This document shows, in pieces, positions 13,125 through 25,930 of a stretch of DNA of 64,000 nucleotides. Where the stretch lies: assembly GCA_964035545.1 (NCBI GenBank), contig OZ037765.1:6830698-6894697 (forward strand), read 5' to 3'. The notes beneath the pieces were generated by a model, which searched no databases, was not told the DNA's origin, and saw only the letters and a program-made list of their open reading frames with translations. This stretch comes from Bugula neritina (taxonomy: Eukaryota > Animalia > Bryozoa). A program made the translations under genes and the position numbers. The number at the start of each line of letters is the position of its first letter. The stretch's first letter is position 1.

Positions 13125-16100
13125 ATGAATTCCCCAACTTTGCCAATGGCACCATTTTCTCCATTTTTTAATTATTTGCCATACAAAGGTAGGTATACAC
13201 ATTATTTTATCATCTGCCAATACTATTCAATGACTTTTTAAATTTAATTTTACATGATGATGCATTCGTATTTTTTGTACATTTCAAAATTTTACTTTTT
13301 TATTGCAGTGTTTTGGAATTCAGCAGAAAGTGCTCAACTGCCTGCATTGACCCACTTTCCGCATTATCAAGCTCCATTGCTGCTGCCACCTGGTCACCAG
13401 CTGTCACCTCTCCATCCACCGGCTTCATTCTTCAGCATGTTGGCTCAAGAAGACACAGCCTCCCGGAAAGGAAGCGGTTGTACGTCAGCAGCAAATTTCA
13501 TGAATGTAAGTGAAGTCATTTAAATGTCCTTCTGTTTAGTCCTATGTGTGTTTTAATTCTGCTCCGTTTTCATAAGTTGTTGCTGCAGAATTCTTTGATA
13601 TCTTCATGATGATTCTTTTTGAAACCGTTATTGGAGTTTATTAATTTTTTCTAAAGCTAAAAGCAGTTCCCTAGTTTGTAAATTTTAGAGTCTGTGTTAT
13701 AAAACATTTGCTCATAGTAAAACATTTGATAAATTTAGTAAAATTTGGCAAATTTTTAAAAATTTGTTATTCACAGTAATAATTACGGCAAGGACATGGC
13801 GGTGAAAGGTGAGAAAGTTGCAATAAAATAAAAAGCTTTGAACAAACACGGACTTGAAAGAGTAACAATAATCAGCTTTTACCAAAAAATCTCTTTTTCT
13901 TGGAGTCTATCTAAAAAGAATCTCTGCCTACATTAAATATAGTTTATAGTTCATTGGAACTACAGCTTATTGTCTGTTAACAACAATAAAGTGTCTTAAT
14001 TTTGTCAAGTCTGAAAATCAACAACCCGCAGAGAGAAAGCCTCAGTTTCATAGCAGTCCGGTCACACCTCCTTTAACACCACTGCTACCAGACAATACCG
14101 CCTCTACTTCTAATAATGACAAAACTCCAGCTGTTATTCCCACCATGATGTCCACTCGTAAGTCTCTACTCTTTCTACTCCTTTTTGTTGGTCTGCAAAT
14201 CTTCTCAACTGAAATAATTAAAACCTATTTTTTAACGTTCCATATTTTGTTTATTTTAATTTTCATAACAAAATCTCTGTTTAGCTTTTTTCATTTTGTT
14301 GAAATGCCGATTTGACTGGCTCAATACAAAAATGAGATGATTGTTCTGTACTGCTTCGCATTGTGTTTTGACAACTCCTGCAAAGTACTTGGGGCTATTT
14401 ATTTGGCATTTGACACGTGAACAATAGCTAATGCACTATGCTTCATCGATCTATACAACAGCTGGTCATCATGCGATGTCAGATTTATTTATGCTGAATT
14501 GTAAGCAAAAGAAACCTGGTTATTGATCGAATATTATAAATAGATTTCTTAAGAAGTTCGTTTTATCAACCACTACTATTTGTGATTTGCCGGCATATTC
14601 GTTTCTTTACCAACATATTTCAGATAATGGTTTCTAATTTCTGGTGCTGTTTTCTGCCATTAACTTAAAATTAAAGGAATTATTGGATACGACTTGTGTT
14701 TTTTGACTTTCTTCTGCTTAATGCTTACCGTAGCTGGCAGTTGTTCTGTTCCACATCATTGAAATACACATTAGTGTTTGTGTTTGCTACTTGCTTCATA
14801 TCATTTCTATCAAATCAACTGGAAACTGTAACATACGCAGGTGTGAGCTCCAGGAACCGGCGTCCTCCGGCCTTCATAGAGGGAGAAAGTTCCTGCCCGA
14901 TATGTGGAGCTCTCCTCCGCGCCAGTGAACTAGCAGATCATTATGCCAAGGAATTGGAAAATCTCAAGAACGAACTTTGTCAGTGAGTATCTGTTACCAT
15001 TTCAACGCTTGGAACAGCTAGGATATTTTTTAGTCTACCATCTTGAACTCAAAGTTTTCTTTTAAGATCTTGCGTTCTGTTGTGAGTGACATGGTACATC
15101 TAGAATATGTGGTTCTCTTACATGCTGGTTGGGATGTGAATAACTACTGGAGTCTTTGTAGACCATCACAAAACAGGAAAAGAAAGGAAAGCAGATTTAG
15201 TGAACGACTTCATGAAAAGAATAGTCGTGTTCTGGATGATTCTAGAAAAAATGTGAGCATCTCTATTTATCTGATTGATTATTTTCACTTTTACTATATT
15301 GTGCGTGACATGTAACACATGTTTTGTAACATGTAGTATATGTTCTGTGACATGTAGTTTATGTTGTGTGACATGTAACACATGTTTTGTAACATGTAGT
15401 ATATGTTCTGTGACATGTATATGTTGTGTGACATGTAGCATATGTTGTGTAACGTGTAGTATATGTTGTGTGACATGTAGTATACGTTGTGTGACATGTA
15501 GTATACATTGTGTGACATGTAGTATATGTTCTGTGACATGTAGTATATGTTCTGTGACATGTAGTATATGTTCTGCTCTATTGTACAGGTTTTAGCAAGA
15601 GTAAGACACAATAGGAAGTCCCGAGCCTTGAAACAAGGTGAGTCCATGTAGTGTATTTATTGTGTTGTTTAAGCTTCTTGTGTAAAGCTACTGTAGCCTA
15701 GTAAACAGCAGACTTAGTGTAGGGCCACACGACGCGTTTTACGCGAGCGTGGCGTGCGAGAAATTCCATTAGAATACACGCTAGTGACCTGCCACACACA
15801 CAGTGCGTGTGTTGCGAGTGCAAAAATTTATTTGCCAATGATGTTAGCGTTAAACTTTACTGCTCGCCTACAGACGTTTGTTTTTAAACTACATCATCGG
15901 ATTTGGCTATTATAAAAGCGGAAATGCAAACCATATAAAACTGTTTTAATTCAGCTCGCCAGACGTTAAATCGTAAATTAAAATAAAAAAATGTGCTCGC
16001 TAAATATTACATGGTAATAAGCCAATTAGATCAAACTGTGTCGCACAAGCGTGTCACACTTCTCGCTCAGCATGTTAAACGCTTGAAAATCCGCACGCAA

Positions 16101-19100
16101 TGTCCAATTTTTGGGCTAAATGGGATTTCTCGCACGTCACACTAGTGTAAAACGCGCCGTGTGGTCCTACACTTACTTAGTATGTACATCGGCCGGTTTC
16201 GTATTTGATAATTGAAATATCCAGAATCTAATTACTTTTGCTCTTTGCAAAAAACAGTGGTCAGCATGATTTGTGACATAAAAAGGCTTTAGCCTGATTT
16301 TTCTGACCAAATAAATAAAAAATTTAATAGTTTTATCAAATTTTAGTTTATTCCAGTCTTTATTCATAATGTGAATATTTTGAAGTCAAGTTATCTTTAT
16401 CCTAGAGTAATGTTTTATATGCGTTTACAGTCTCCAACTGGCAATTTTAGTGAGTCCATTCTGTATGTTATAATATATGTCTACGGTATAGCTGCTTCTG
16501 TTTGTTGTACAAGATCTTGCAGATGTACTCAATGCTGAAAAGTATTCTTGTAATAAACAAATGAAGGCTTGAGATATTGTAGTATTAGCCAATGTATACA
16601 CATATTCCTTCTGTATTACAGTCATGCAACCAAATTACACATACATTTGTAACAATTTCTTATTAAAATTCTCATCCTAAATTATGCATTTTATTGTCTT
16701 GTGTATATTGCTACAGTTACATCTCGGAGTCCGGCATCATCTAGTGGTGGCTATGGCAGCACCAGTTCCACTACTAGTCACTCTGCAACTGCTAATACAG
16801 CTGTTTGTCCTGTTTGTAACAAGGTGGGGGTTGCCCATTGTGAATCTCTTTTGTATTGACCTCAATGAATAACTGATATTCCTGTTACACTGAGAACTAT
16901 TAGTGTGTTTTTCTCTGAAATAAAGTTTAGTTTTAGTGAATATATGTTGACTCCAGTTGCATTATGAGGACTTTACTTCATTCTGTGGTTTGTTAAAATC
17001 TTGGCTACTGTTGCATTATGTAAAAGTTGCTTTATTCTGGGTTGTGTTGATAACTCTTCTCCAAGTTGATGTGTTCTTTTAGAGAATGGTCTGCAGTGGG
17101 GAGGAGTTAACCAAACATGTTGAGACTTGCCTGTCTAGGAACTCCTCTGATGTCAGCAGTAACCACGACGTCTCTGGGTCAGACGGGGAATACGAGACGT
17201 ACACGTGGTGTGGCCAGACTAGAGTGAGAGCTACTAGCTTTCTCGGTATGTGGCCATCTTGGTTGTCCTAGCTGTGTGCTGGCAAACTTGTGCATCTAAT
17301 TGTTTATCAGTTATGTAGCATCTTTTTAGTTGTGTGTATCATCGATTGCGTGATATTTTCTTATAAACATGCTTGTTGTTTTTATATATTTTACTTTATT
17401 TGTGTTTTGTAAATGTATGTTAATTGATTACGAATTATATTAAAAATTTAGAGTCTTGTACTAAAATATATTTGTCTTTGCTCAGTCAAATACTACACAT
17501 ATATGTGCTTGTGCTGTGTTCATATGTACCTAGTTTGCATTGCTACTAGCTCCTTTGTTGGACTGTTTTTTCAACTCCTATCACACTAGTAGATGGCCCT
17601 AGTTTTCAAGTGTCGCCTTATGTTATATAGTTATAGGTATAATGTATGATTGCAAGCTTACCTTATGCAAGTAAATGTTGAGTTGTCTCTCTTGATCAGA
17701 CTCCAGTGAGCTAGCAGCCTCAGGGTTTAATACTGTCATCAAAAGTGAGGAGGCGGATGATGACACCCCCCTTGTGGTTGATGACGATGAAGTTGGCCAG
17801 CAGTTTGGAGAGACTCAGTATAACGAGGCGAACATCATCCCATATAATAGCGAAGAGCCCGATGAAGCTAAAGCACAGACTGCTCTCAGAGAGGCTGTTT
17901 TAAGGTATCTAATGATCAGTAATGGTATTTTTATTGTTGGAAATGTTGACTACAATAATTTTAGTTGGGCAACATTAGGTATTGTAAACATTGATAAATA
18001 CTTTAGATTGGCACAAGCTGCTGCTGCTGCACTTATGCTGACTTTCAAAAATTTACTGACTAAAGTTTTAGTAAATACATTTCATACTCAATCATTTTTT
18101 TTGGAAATACACATTGCAGAAAAGGAAATTAAATTAATATATTTCAACCCATCATAGTATGTAATCGAATTAAGGTTGATTCTGATTTATTTTGACAAAA
18201 AAATGTTGTTTTTTACAGCAGCTGCTGAGCTGTGAGCGATTTCCATATATCTAGCATAAGCTACTAGCACAATCATTTGTTCATGCATAGTTTTATATTA
18301 GACGTGGTTTTATATATTATCAATTGGCAAATGGTAGAAAATTGAAAGCTTGGATTGTTAAATAATTTTTAATTCTATTGTTGCCATCATGTGGAAGTTA
18401 ATCTGTTTTTATCAGTTTTTAAGGGATAAAATGCACCATTAGTTTGTGAGAATTAGTCTCTTAACCTGGACACTTTTATAGAACTGATATAGTTTGCTTT
18501 GTCTTGCTAGCTCAACTTCCAACACCAAAGATATCATAGTAAATCCAGATGTTCAATCAAGGTGGACAGGTTAGTACATTGTCACTTTTCCATCCATGAG
18601 TACGTGCGTGTATTTGTTGTAATTTGGTTTATAGTAGTTATGCTGTTTCATATAAGCTCATATAACTTTGAAGTAATAATTTCTAGTGGCTTTTTCGGTG
18701 ATGCTATGCTAATAAAGTACAATGCTCCCTCCATATCTCACTACAATGTGATCCCGAAACCTCAATTCGTGACATAGTAGAATACCAGATTTAACTCACA
18801 GATCAGTTAAATTCGGCCATTTTGTCCCCATACACGCATACATAAGTCACAAAAAAAAGGGGCCAAATCCCTACTCATGACATGGAATTCCTAAGAAAGC
18901 TGGATCTGTGAGATATGGAGGGAGCACTTTAATTTGGCTGCAGAAGGTTCTTCAAAGTTGATATTAATTGTTATAGATGAGCCTACAGTTGATGATCCAG
19001 AAGTATCTTTTAGATGTCTCATCTGCATGGACAAATACTGTAAGCCTGTAATATCTATCCAATGTTGGCATGTTCATTGTGAAGAATGTTGGTTACGGAC

Positions 19101-19176
19101 TTTAGGGGCCAAAAAACTTTGTCCGCAATGTAATGTCATAACATCTCCTGCAGATCTGCGCCGTATATTTTTGTAG
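13125..19176 (+). CDS. RNF220: E3 ubiquitin ligase RNF220, ~474 aa
   Basis: Exons 13125-13188, 13309-13505, 14010-14157, 14841-14982, 15162-15252, 15589-15637, 16717-16823, 17083-17245, 17700-17904, 18511-18569, 18977-19176 (1425 nt). CPICG zinc finger, YETYTWCGQTRVRATS, C-terminal RING CLICMD...CWHVHCEECWLRTLGAKKLCPQC..DLRRIFL. The start exon is less certain than the rest. Confidence 0.94.
15301..15575. repeat. 21-bp minisatellite (GTGACATGTAGTATATGTTCT), ~13 copies
   Basis: Tandem array filling most of RNF220 intron 15253-15588. Confidence 0.95.
15717..16172. mobile_element. MITE (456 bp) with ~55-bp imperfect TIRs and TTA target-site duplication, PIF/Harbinger-like
   Basis: Left end GTGTAGGGCCACACGACGCGTTTTACGCGAGCGTGGCGTGCGAGAAAT; right end reverse complement GTGTAGGACCACACGGCGCGTTTTACACTAGTGTGACGTGCGAGAAAT. 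TTA at 15714-15716 and 16173-16175. No ORF; lies in an RNF220 intron. Confidence 0.85.
18720..18929. mobile_element. Tc1/mariner-pogo-type MITE, copy 1
   Basis: TIR CAATGCTCCCTCCATATCTCAC ... GTGAGATATGGAGGGAGCACTT, flanked by TA on both sides. Internal sequence is shared with 51651-51826. Confidence 0.85.
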
Positions 19177-19705
19177 ATTTTATTATTAAAATTAAAATTG
19201 ACTTTTAATAATTTATTTTTCTATTTAATCATTTTTTCTTTAATAAATACCATCACAAATATTTCTTTGAGATTCAGTACACACTTAATAGCAAGCAAAG
19301 ATATCACAGCCTAGAAATAAATTACACTACTGAAAGATTGATAGTGATTTTAGAGCACCATATAATACAGATTGTGTGTATAAAATCTGACTAGCGACAT
19401 ACATGGATACAAAAAATATAAACAGACAAACAGCAACCATTACTGGGTAGCATTTAATAAACATTCTCAACACTAATGGAAATTTAATTTTGCAGTGATT
19501 TATGTAGAAATCTTGGTAATAGTATCAGCCATTTTAACCATTTGGTTTCAACATTTTATAAAAACATATTGGGCAAAATATGATATACTTATTTCAATAA
19601 TTAGACAAAAACTGTCAATGACAAAAAACTTGTACAGAAGCATTGCAAAAAATGAGTAGACATGGACAAAGTAAAAGAAATTTTGGATTGGACATGAAAT
19701 CCCAT

Positions 19706-22700
19706 TTAAGTGGTGTCAAAATCACTCTGAGCACTTACATCATTGCAGTAGAGTTGAGTGAGTCTCATGAATTCTCTATCGGTTAATGGCTGCCATTGAT
19801 AGCCTAAGCACCTTGACACCTCATCAAAAGTAGTTTCATAGCTGTGGGAGCATCTTCTCATAGTCCAGTAGTAGTCTTCATCCCAAGTTAACATCCTCTG
19901 CCAATCGCACCGTTTCAGAATTGCATTTCTTCGAACAAAAAGCTTTTTGAGAGAAGTTCCTTCTCTCGCTAGGATTATTAGTGTAGCTGTAGATATTCTC
20001 TCTCTGATGATAAGAGTGTGAATTTTAGAACAGGTTTTGATTAAATCAACAAGATGAGAATCGCATCGCCTGGTGAAACTTCGTGAACCATGATATCTTG
20101 GCAAATCGAAATGGCCGTATACCTGTTAAAAAGAATCGTTTTACTTAATATACAGCTATAATGTTACAATTGATTTCTTATTAATGTACCAACAGAATGT
20201 AAAATAAAAAAAACATTAGGCAACAGTTTGTTCAACTTTATTAAATTGTTTTTGTAAGCTATAATAAATAATGAAATAATTTTGAAAAGTTTGATTGGGT
20301 TTAATTTTTTGTGCAGAAGTTGATGTTCTTAAAAGCAAGTATAATATATATGAAACAGCAAACAGTATAAATATATTTAATATACCGAGAAATCAGCAGT
20401 TTTTTAATTAGATACACCAGTGGATTGCATAAAATTTACAAGTTACAGGGACAGTATGGAAGAGCTCAGCTTTTCAATTGCCAGATCTCATTTATATGGA
20501 GTTTTCATAAACTATATACATTAAGGCTTCACCTAATCACACTTGCCTGTAAGCAGGAGCTATATAAAACGGTTATAGTATCAATAGCCACTGAATGCAT
20601 CTTTGAGTGTTTAGTTGTATAAACAATAGAGGTCACAGGAGCACTATCTTGCCAGTTGATGTCGAGCAATGTCTCTCCTCTTGCAGATAAATGTACTTTC
20701 AAGTCAGGTGATTTTTCTGCTGTAGCTGTAAAATTATAGTTTGATTTACAATTGCATTTTGCTTGGGGATAGAGTTATACATGCATAACAAAAACAGTTA
20801 TTTTTCTATTCAGCCAATCAAAGTGTTGGAAAATTTATTTCTTTGACAAATGTGCAAGTTTCAAAAATCCTAATGATGCTGTGGTGAAATAAGCTAGTAG
20901 AGCTTTGCAACATACCAGCTTAAATTTTCACATATAAATTGCTGTCTATAATTTCTGTTTAGAAATAACACCACCAACTAGCTAATCCTATATTACCAGC
21001 TATGAAAGTTTTTAAAAAGCTGTTTTTAAAAATATTAGCTTCTGAAAAATTATAGAACATTGTCTTTTATCAAGAAAGCCAAAACACATGTGCAATCATT
21101 TTAAATACACTATTGTAATCACAAAATTGAGTTTTTTTAAATATAAACATCGTGAATTTCAAGAAGCTGCACAAATTTTTGTAAATAGTCATATTACACA
21201 GTGGCGCAAGACATTCTTTAAGCTAGAATCTAGTATCTACACGTTTTATCACATTGAAGCTTGTTTATTAATTACTGGTACAAAAGCAGTTTTGAAAAGG
21301 AGAAAACTTCCAAATAATTTTTTAACCAGTTGGGCATCAACATTAAAACTCTTAGTATCACCTTTTAGTAACAACCAATTTATACCTTTCCAAATATCTT
21401 TATCAATAAAATAAAATTCATCGCAGTATTGATCTTGAATGATGTAGAGATTAGTTACTTTGGAGTTGCCCAATCTCCGCACAATGTCTGGACTAAGTTG
21501 TTGAGGGCTGGTCACCAAGGTTGTAAGGTTGGGAAACATACCAGCAACAAACACAGGATAAAGATCCTACAAAGCAAAGTTTGATACCCATATCACTAGA
21601 TATTCTGGTCTACTCTGTGAATTATATTGCAATATATACTACATTGCCTACAAGATTGTGATTTCTCTTGATGACTATTATTTATTACACTAAGAATCTA
21701 TGCCAGCATTAATTTTACAATACATTTACAGTTACCTGGGTAAAGTTTCGCAACTCTAGATAGGTAAGAGAGGTGCTACAGTTGAGGATTAACTTCTCTA
21801 GTACACCAGGTGCATCTTGAAGCTCAAGTAACAGATTATTTATCTTCAACTTTTCTAAATCTTTCAGATTTGTGAGCAAACGAGTTAATTCAGCTAAAAT
21901 TGTTCCACCTGAGAAAATTAAATAAAAACTGGGACAAAATAGAAAAAAAATTCAGGTAACAAAACCTGAGCTACTGAAAATGTATTATCATGAATAAGAT
22001 TTCATTTAAAAAGAAAGTATTATGCAATTACGATTGACACATTTCATATGGAAAAAATTCTGTATATTTTCATTTATTCACCAGCACAAAAGTCTATTTT
22101 ACTGATCCTTGAAATAAACATATTTTTCCCTTTCAAATTTTTCAAAGCTGTAATAACACAATTATGTGGTATAATAATAACACAGTATACATCGTATAAT
22201 CACACAGTAAATGTGGTATAATAACACAGTGAATGTGGTATAATAACACAGTAAATGTGGTATAACAACACAGTATATGTGGTATAATAACACAGTATCT
22301 GTGGTATGATAACACAGTATATGTGGTATAATAACACAGTATACATAGTATAATAACACAGTATATGTGGTATAAGAACACAGTATATGTGGTATAATAA
22401 CAGTAAATGTGGTATAATCACACAGTATATGTGGTATAATAACACAGTATATGTGGTATAATAACACAGTATACATAGTATAATAACACAGTATATGTGG
22501 TATAACATAGTATATGTGGTATAATAACACAGTATATGTGGTATAATAACACAGTAAATGTGGTATAATAACACAGTATACATAGTATAATAACACAGTA
22601 TATGTGGTATAATAACACAGTATACGTGGTATAACTACACATAATATATAGCTACCTGTGCCATAGACAAACACGTCAGACTGCTCTCTACTTTCACAGC

Positions 22701-23704
22701 AGAACGTGAAATAGAAGTTACTGAGAGACTGTAAAGGAGCATCATCTTGATAGAACTCAATAAACACATTCAGAATTCGCAAAAACTCATACAGGTTATA
22801 GAACTCATTGATAGGTTCCACTTGTATAGTATGCAAGAAGGAACCAACTTTCTTCAGACACATTTGAACCTACGAGAACAGAAATACGTAACCAGTTTTA
22901 AATCCAATATTTTAAGAAAAGAATATGCGTAAAAAGACAAAGGTAGCAGTTTAGTGTCAATAAAAACACGCCTACAACACTATATTTTGTTAAATTAGTA
23001 CAACATTTGCATGTTGCAGAAAAAATAACATATATTTATATGGATAGTCTCCAATGCACAAAATTGTTACCTCCAATATTGAAGTTTTTTGTCATATTGT
23101 CTGAGGTAGCAAGAGTTTACAAAATTTTGCACTCAAGTCACTACCAATGATAGTACTGACATGTTGTAAAACACAATCACGCCTTGTTCAACAATAAGCA
23201 ATAAACCATCAGATATTACTGATCGAAATAAACAAATAAACTACTTACAAATACAATAAGCTATATTTCTCAAATTTGAAAAGAAGAAATGCTTTTGTAA
23301 AAACACCTATAAGAGCTCACTTTATGTAAACTCAGTTCGGCCCAATACCCTTTGTAAGGCGTATATCTTAGATGAGTAAAGGTTGTTGGGGTCATGACCA
23401 GTTCTCTCCAAATAGACGGAGAGTAGAACACATTATACCAATGACGGCAAACTGTAGAGGCATGATAACGATCCCTTAGGGACAAAAAATAGAAAACCTA
23501 AAAAAATCATAACATTTGGTAAATGTGTATTCGTATTTTTTAAGAATTGATCAACATAGTAAAACAAAATTGCATATTATTCTAACAGAAGGTATTCATG
23601 CTTTAGCATGATACACGACTAACCTTTTCAAGTAAAAGATCTGGCAAAGTAGCCCAGTCACAAACACAATGGCCATGTTTAGAGACACCCTGCTCATCAT
23701 CCAT
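19706..23704 (-). CDS. F-box protein with LRR-like body, FBXO39/FBXL3-like, ~473 aa
   Basis: Exons 23704-23624, 23497-23321, 22869-22656, 21908-21736, 21566-21386, 20725-20547, 20122-19706 (1422 nt). F-box motif WATLPDLLLEKVFYFLSLRDRYHASTVCRHWYNVFYSPSIW. The subfamily name is from resemblance only. Confidence 0.85.
22165..22645. repeat. 22-bp minisatellite (TATAATAACACAGTATATGTGG), ~22 copies
   Basis: Tandem array starting just inside the donor of F-box exon 3. Confidence 0.95.
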
Positions 23705-24646
23705 TATTTGCCAGGCAACCTTCGTCCAAAATAGTTAACACTCATCACTTTGAATATAGAAGTACAAATGGGAACTAATACATCATGAATATGGAAATTC
23801 TGTGCTCCAACACAGATAAATTCAACTATACAATCTTACTAACAACCAACAATACTAATACTAATAGCTTATATTTATAAGTATATGCAAATAATGTTTT
23901 AGATTTATGCTAATAATTCCACAACCGTATATGTACCTGCAATAATTGCAAATGAAAATCCTCAAATTTAGCAATAAGGTTTATTGTGATTGCAATAGAA
24001 AAACTGAAAAGACAAGAAGACTTAAAATTTTACAAGTATTCCAAGTCAAAGTCAAGTATCAGTATGATGATAGTATGAGTATGGTTCAGAAGCCATTACA
24101 GATTACTGATTACTCAACATGACAGACAGTAGCACTATTAAGATTACTATTGTCTATTAAAATAATTGTAATAATTACTATGTTTATTAGTATTAAATAA
24201 TAATTTATTAAAATTATAATCATAAATTCACTGCGAATATCATTACGATCATGACTATGAGTATCAGTATGAGTTTATCAATTGGAATTTCATCAACAGA
24301 CGTCCCGAACGGAATAAGTGATTACTTTTTTCTAGATAATCCTAAAGATACAAATCTCATAAAGTCACCTAAATGTTGAAAAAGTTTTCAGGCAGATTCA
24401 GATTAGAATTACATTTTATGTAATTTGCCAAATTTAGATAGTACTTGAGGCCGAGTCTAAATTAAGCCAAGTATAATTCAATAATAATTTACGAGAAATT
24501 ATTCAACTTGGGTCGCTATTAAAATCCTGTACACACTAGCAAAGATTTGAGGAAGATTCGTTTTAAAGCGGGTGCACCACAAAATTGCTATGCTACAGTT
24601 TGTAAGAATAATGCTATCAGTCACATGACCAAGCAGCCATCTCAGA

Positions 24647-24788
24647 TGAATCGTTCTATAAGCTTCGAATTGGGGTGATTGAGTGCAGGAGTTTGGAGTT
24701 CAAGTTGGAACTTGGAGCTTCCAACTCGAGAATCTCAAGCCATTGCACTCAGTCACCTCCAACTCGGAGCTGCTTATAGAATGATTCA
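24647..24788. repeat. ~140-bp fold-back (long imperfect hairpin) upstream of the F-box gene
   Basis: TGAATCGTTCTATAAGC..GGGGTGATTGAGTGCA..AGTTGGAA pairs with TTCCAACT..TGCACTCAGTCACCTC..GCTTATAGAATGATTCA. Confidence 0.85.
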
Positions 24789-25930
24789 ATTGGATAATTA
24801 TTATGCACTTCGTATGTGAAAAGCACACTTGACCTGATAACTCCTGCGTTCCAAGTCCCATACAAACCTCTAAGTATAAGTATAAGCCTAGGATGTGCAT
24901 GTGGGACGAGGTTTTGTCACAGTCATGACATAAAATTCAGTCACTATAATCCTCTGAACTCAAATTCAAATTAAGATCCTCAATTGAGTAATAATTTTTA
25001 TATTGAGTGATCTTCAAGTTTAATAGACCTAGTTCAAAACTACATAGGTTGAAAACCAGTTTTTGTTAATTAATATAAATAACTGCCAGCATTTAAGCAT
25101 CTGAACACTCTCTTCACCTGACATCAATTATTATATTCTTTATTTTCTAAAACCCATCAATGAAGTGACAATTCTCAGCATTTCCCAAATTGTCAGAGGA
25201 ATTTCAATTTAGTGTTACAGAGGCTCAACAGCTTACGAAGCAATTCAAAAATTCATTTACACTTGGCCATTTCCACAAGACAGTGATTAAAATTGATATC
25301 ATAAAGCCGGAATTGTGACAACACATCCAGATAACAGCATTTTTGGCACAAATGTCTGGTTATGTTCAAAGAAATAGAGAATATTTTCTGCATAGTTCTT
25401 TATTTTCACAGTGAGTCTTGTGAAAGAATACATGTGCTAGTTGGAAAGGTAATGACCAAAACCAGCAGTGTTTTTCGAGGTAGGTGCAGTAACGGAGAAA
25501 TTGAGAAAAGCCTGTGTTCTAGATTAAAAATGTGGCAAAGGAAGTTATGTTCTCACAAAGAATTTTAACCCACACCTCAAACCACAATTTATAAAGAAAT
25601 TCAAATAACTTAGACCATCTCAATTTCTCCTCTACTGCTCCTAAATTGTTTTTCACAGAAATAGGTCCAGTGTAAATTAATCTTAACGCTGAGATATTGT
25701 AAAGGAATAAAAAGTAGAAAAAACTGTAACCTAAATATAATTATTTAGGAAGATCAGAAATAAAAGAAATAAAGGCAGTTTTAAAACTCAAAACAACTAC
25801 AGCTGCAAAAAAATTCTAAGTACAGATACTTTAAGATTAAAACTATTATGATTGTCCAAATTAGAGATTCGGTATAGGGAATGAATTATATAGAAAGTAA
25901 AACATTATGAATTACGTAATTGTAAAAATA

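Noticed and set aside
15166-15647. Cys-rich or His-rich repeat ORFs (also 445-964, 22142-22642, 57727-57993)
   Set aside because: Translations of minisatellites and microsatellites inside introns.
22165-22645. CRISPR-like appearance of regular repeats
   Set aside because: Head-to-tail units with no unique spacers, no cas genes, eukaryotic intron.
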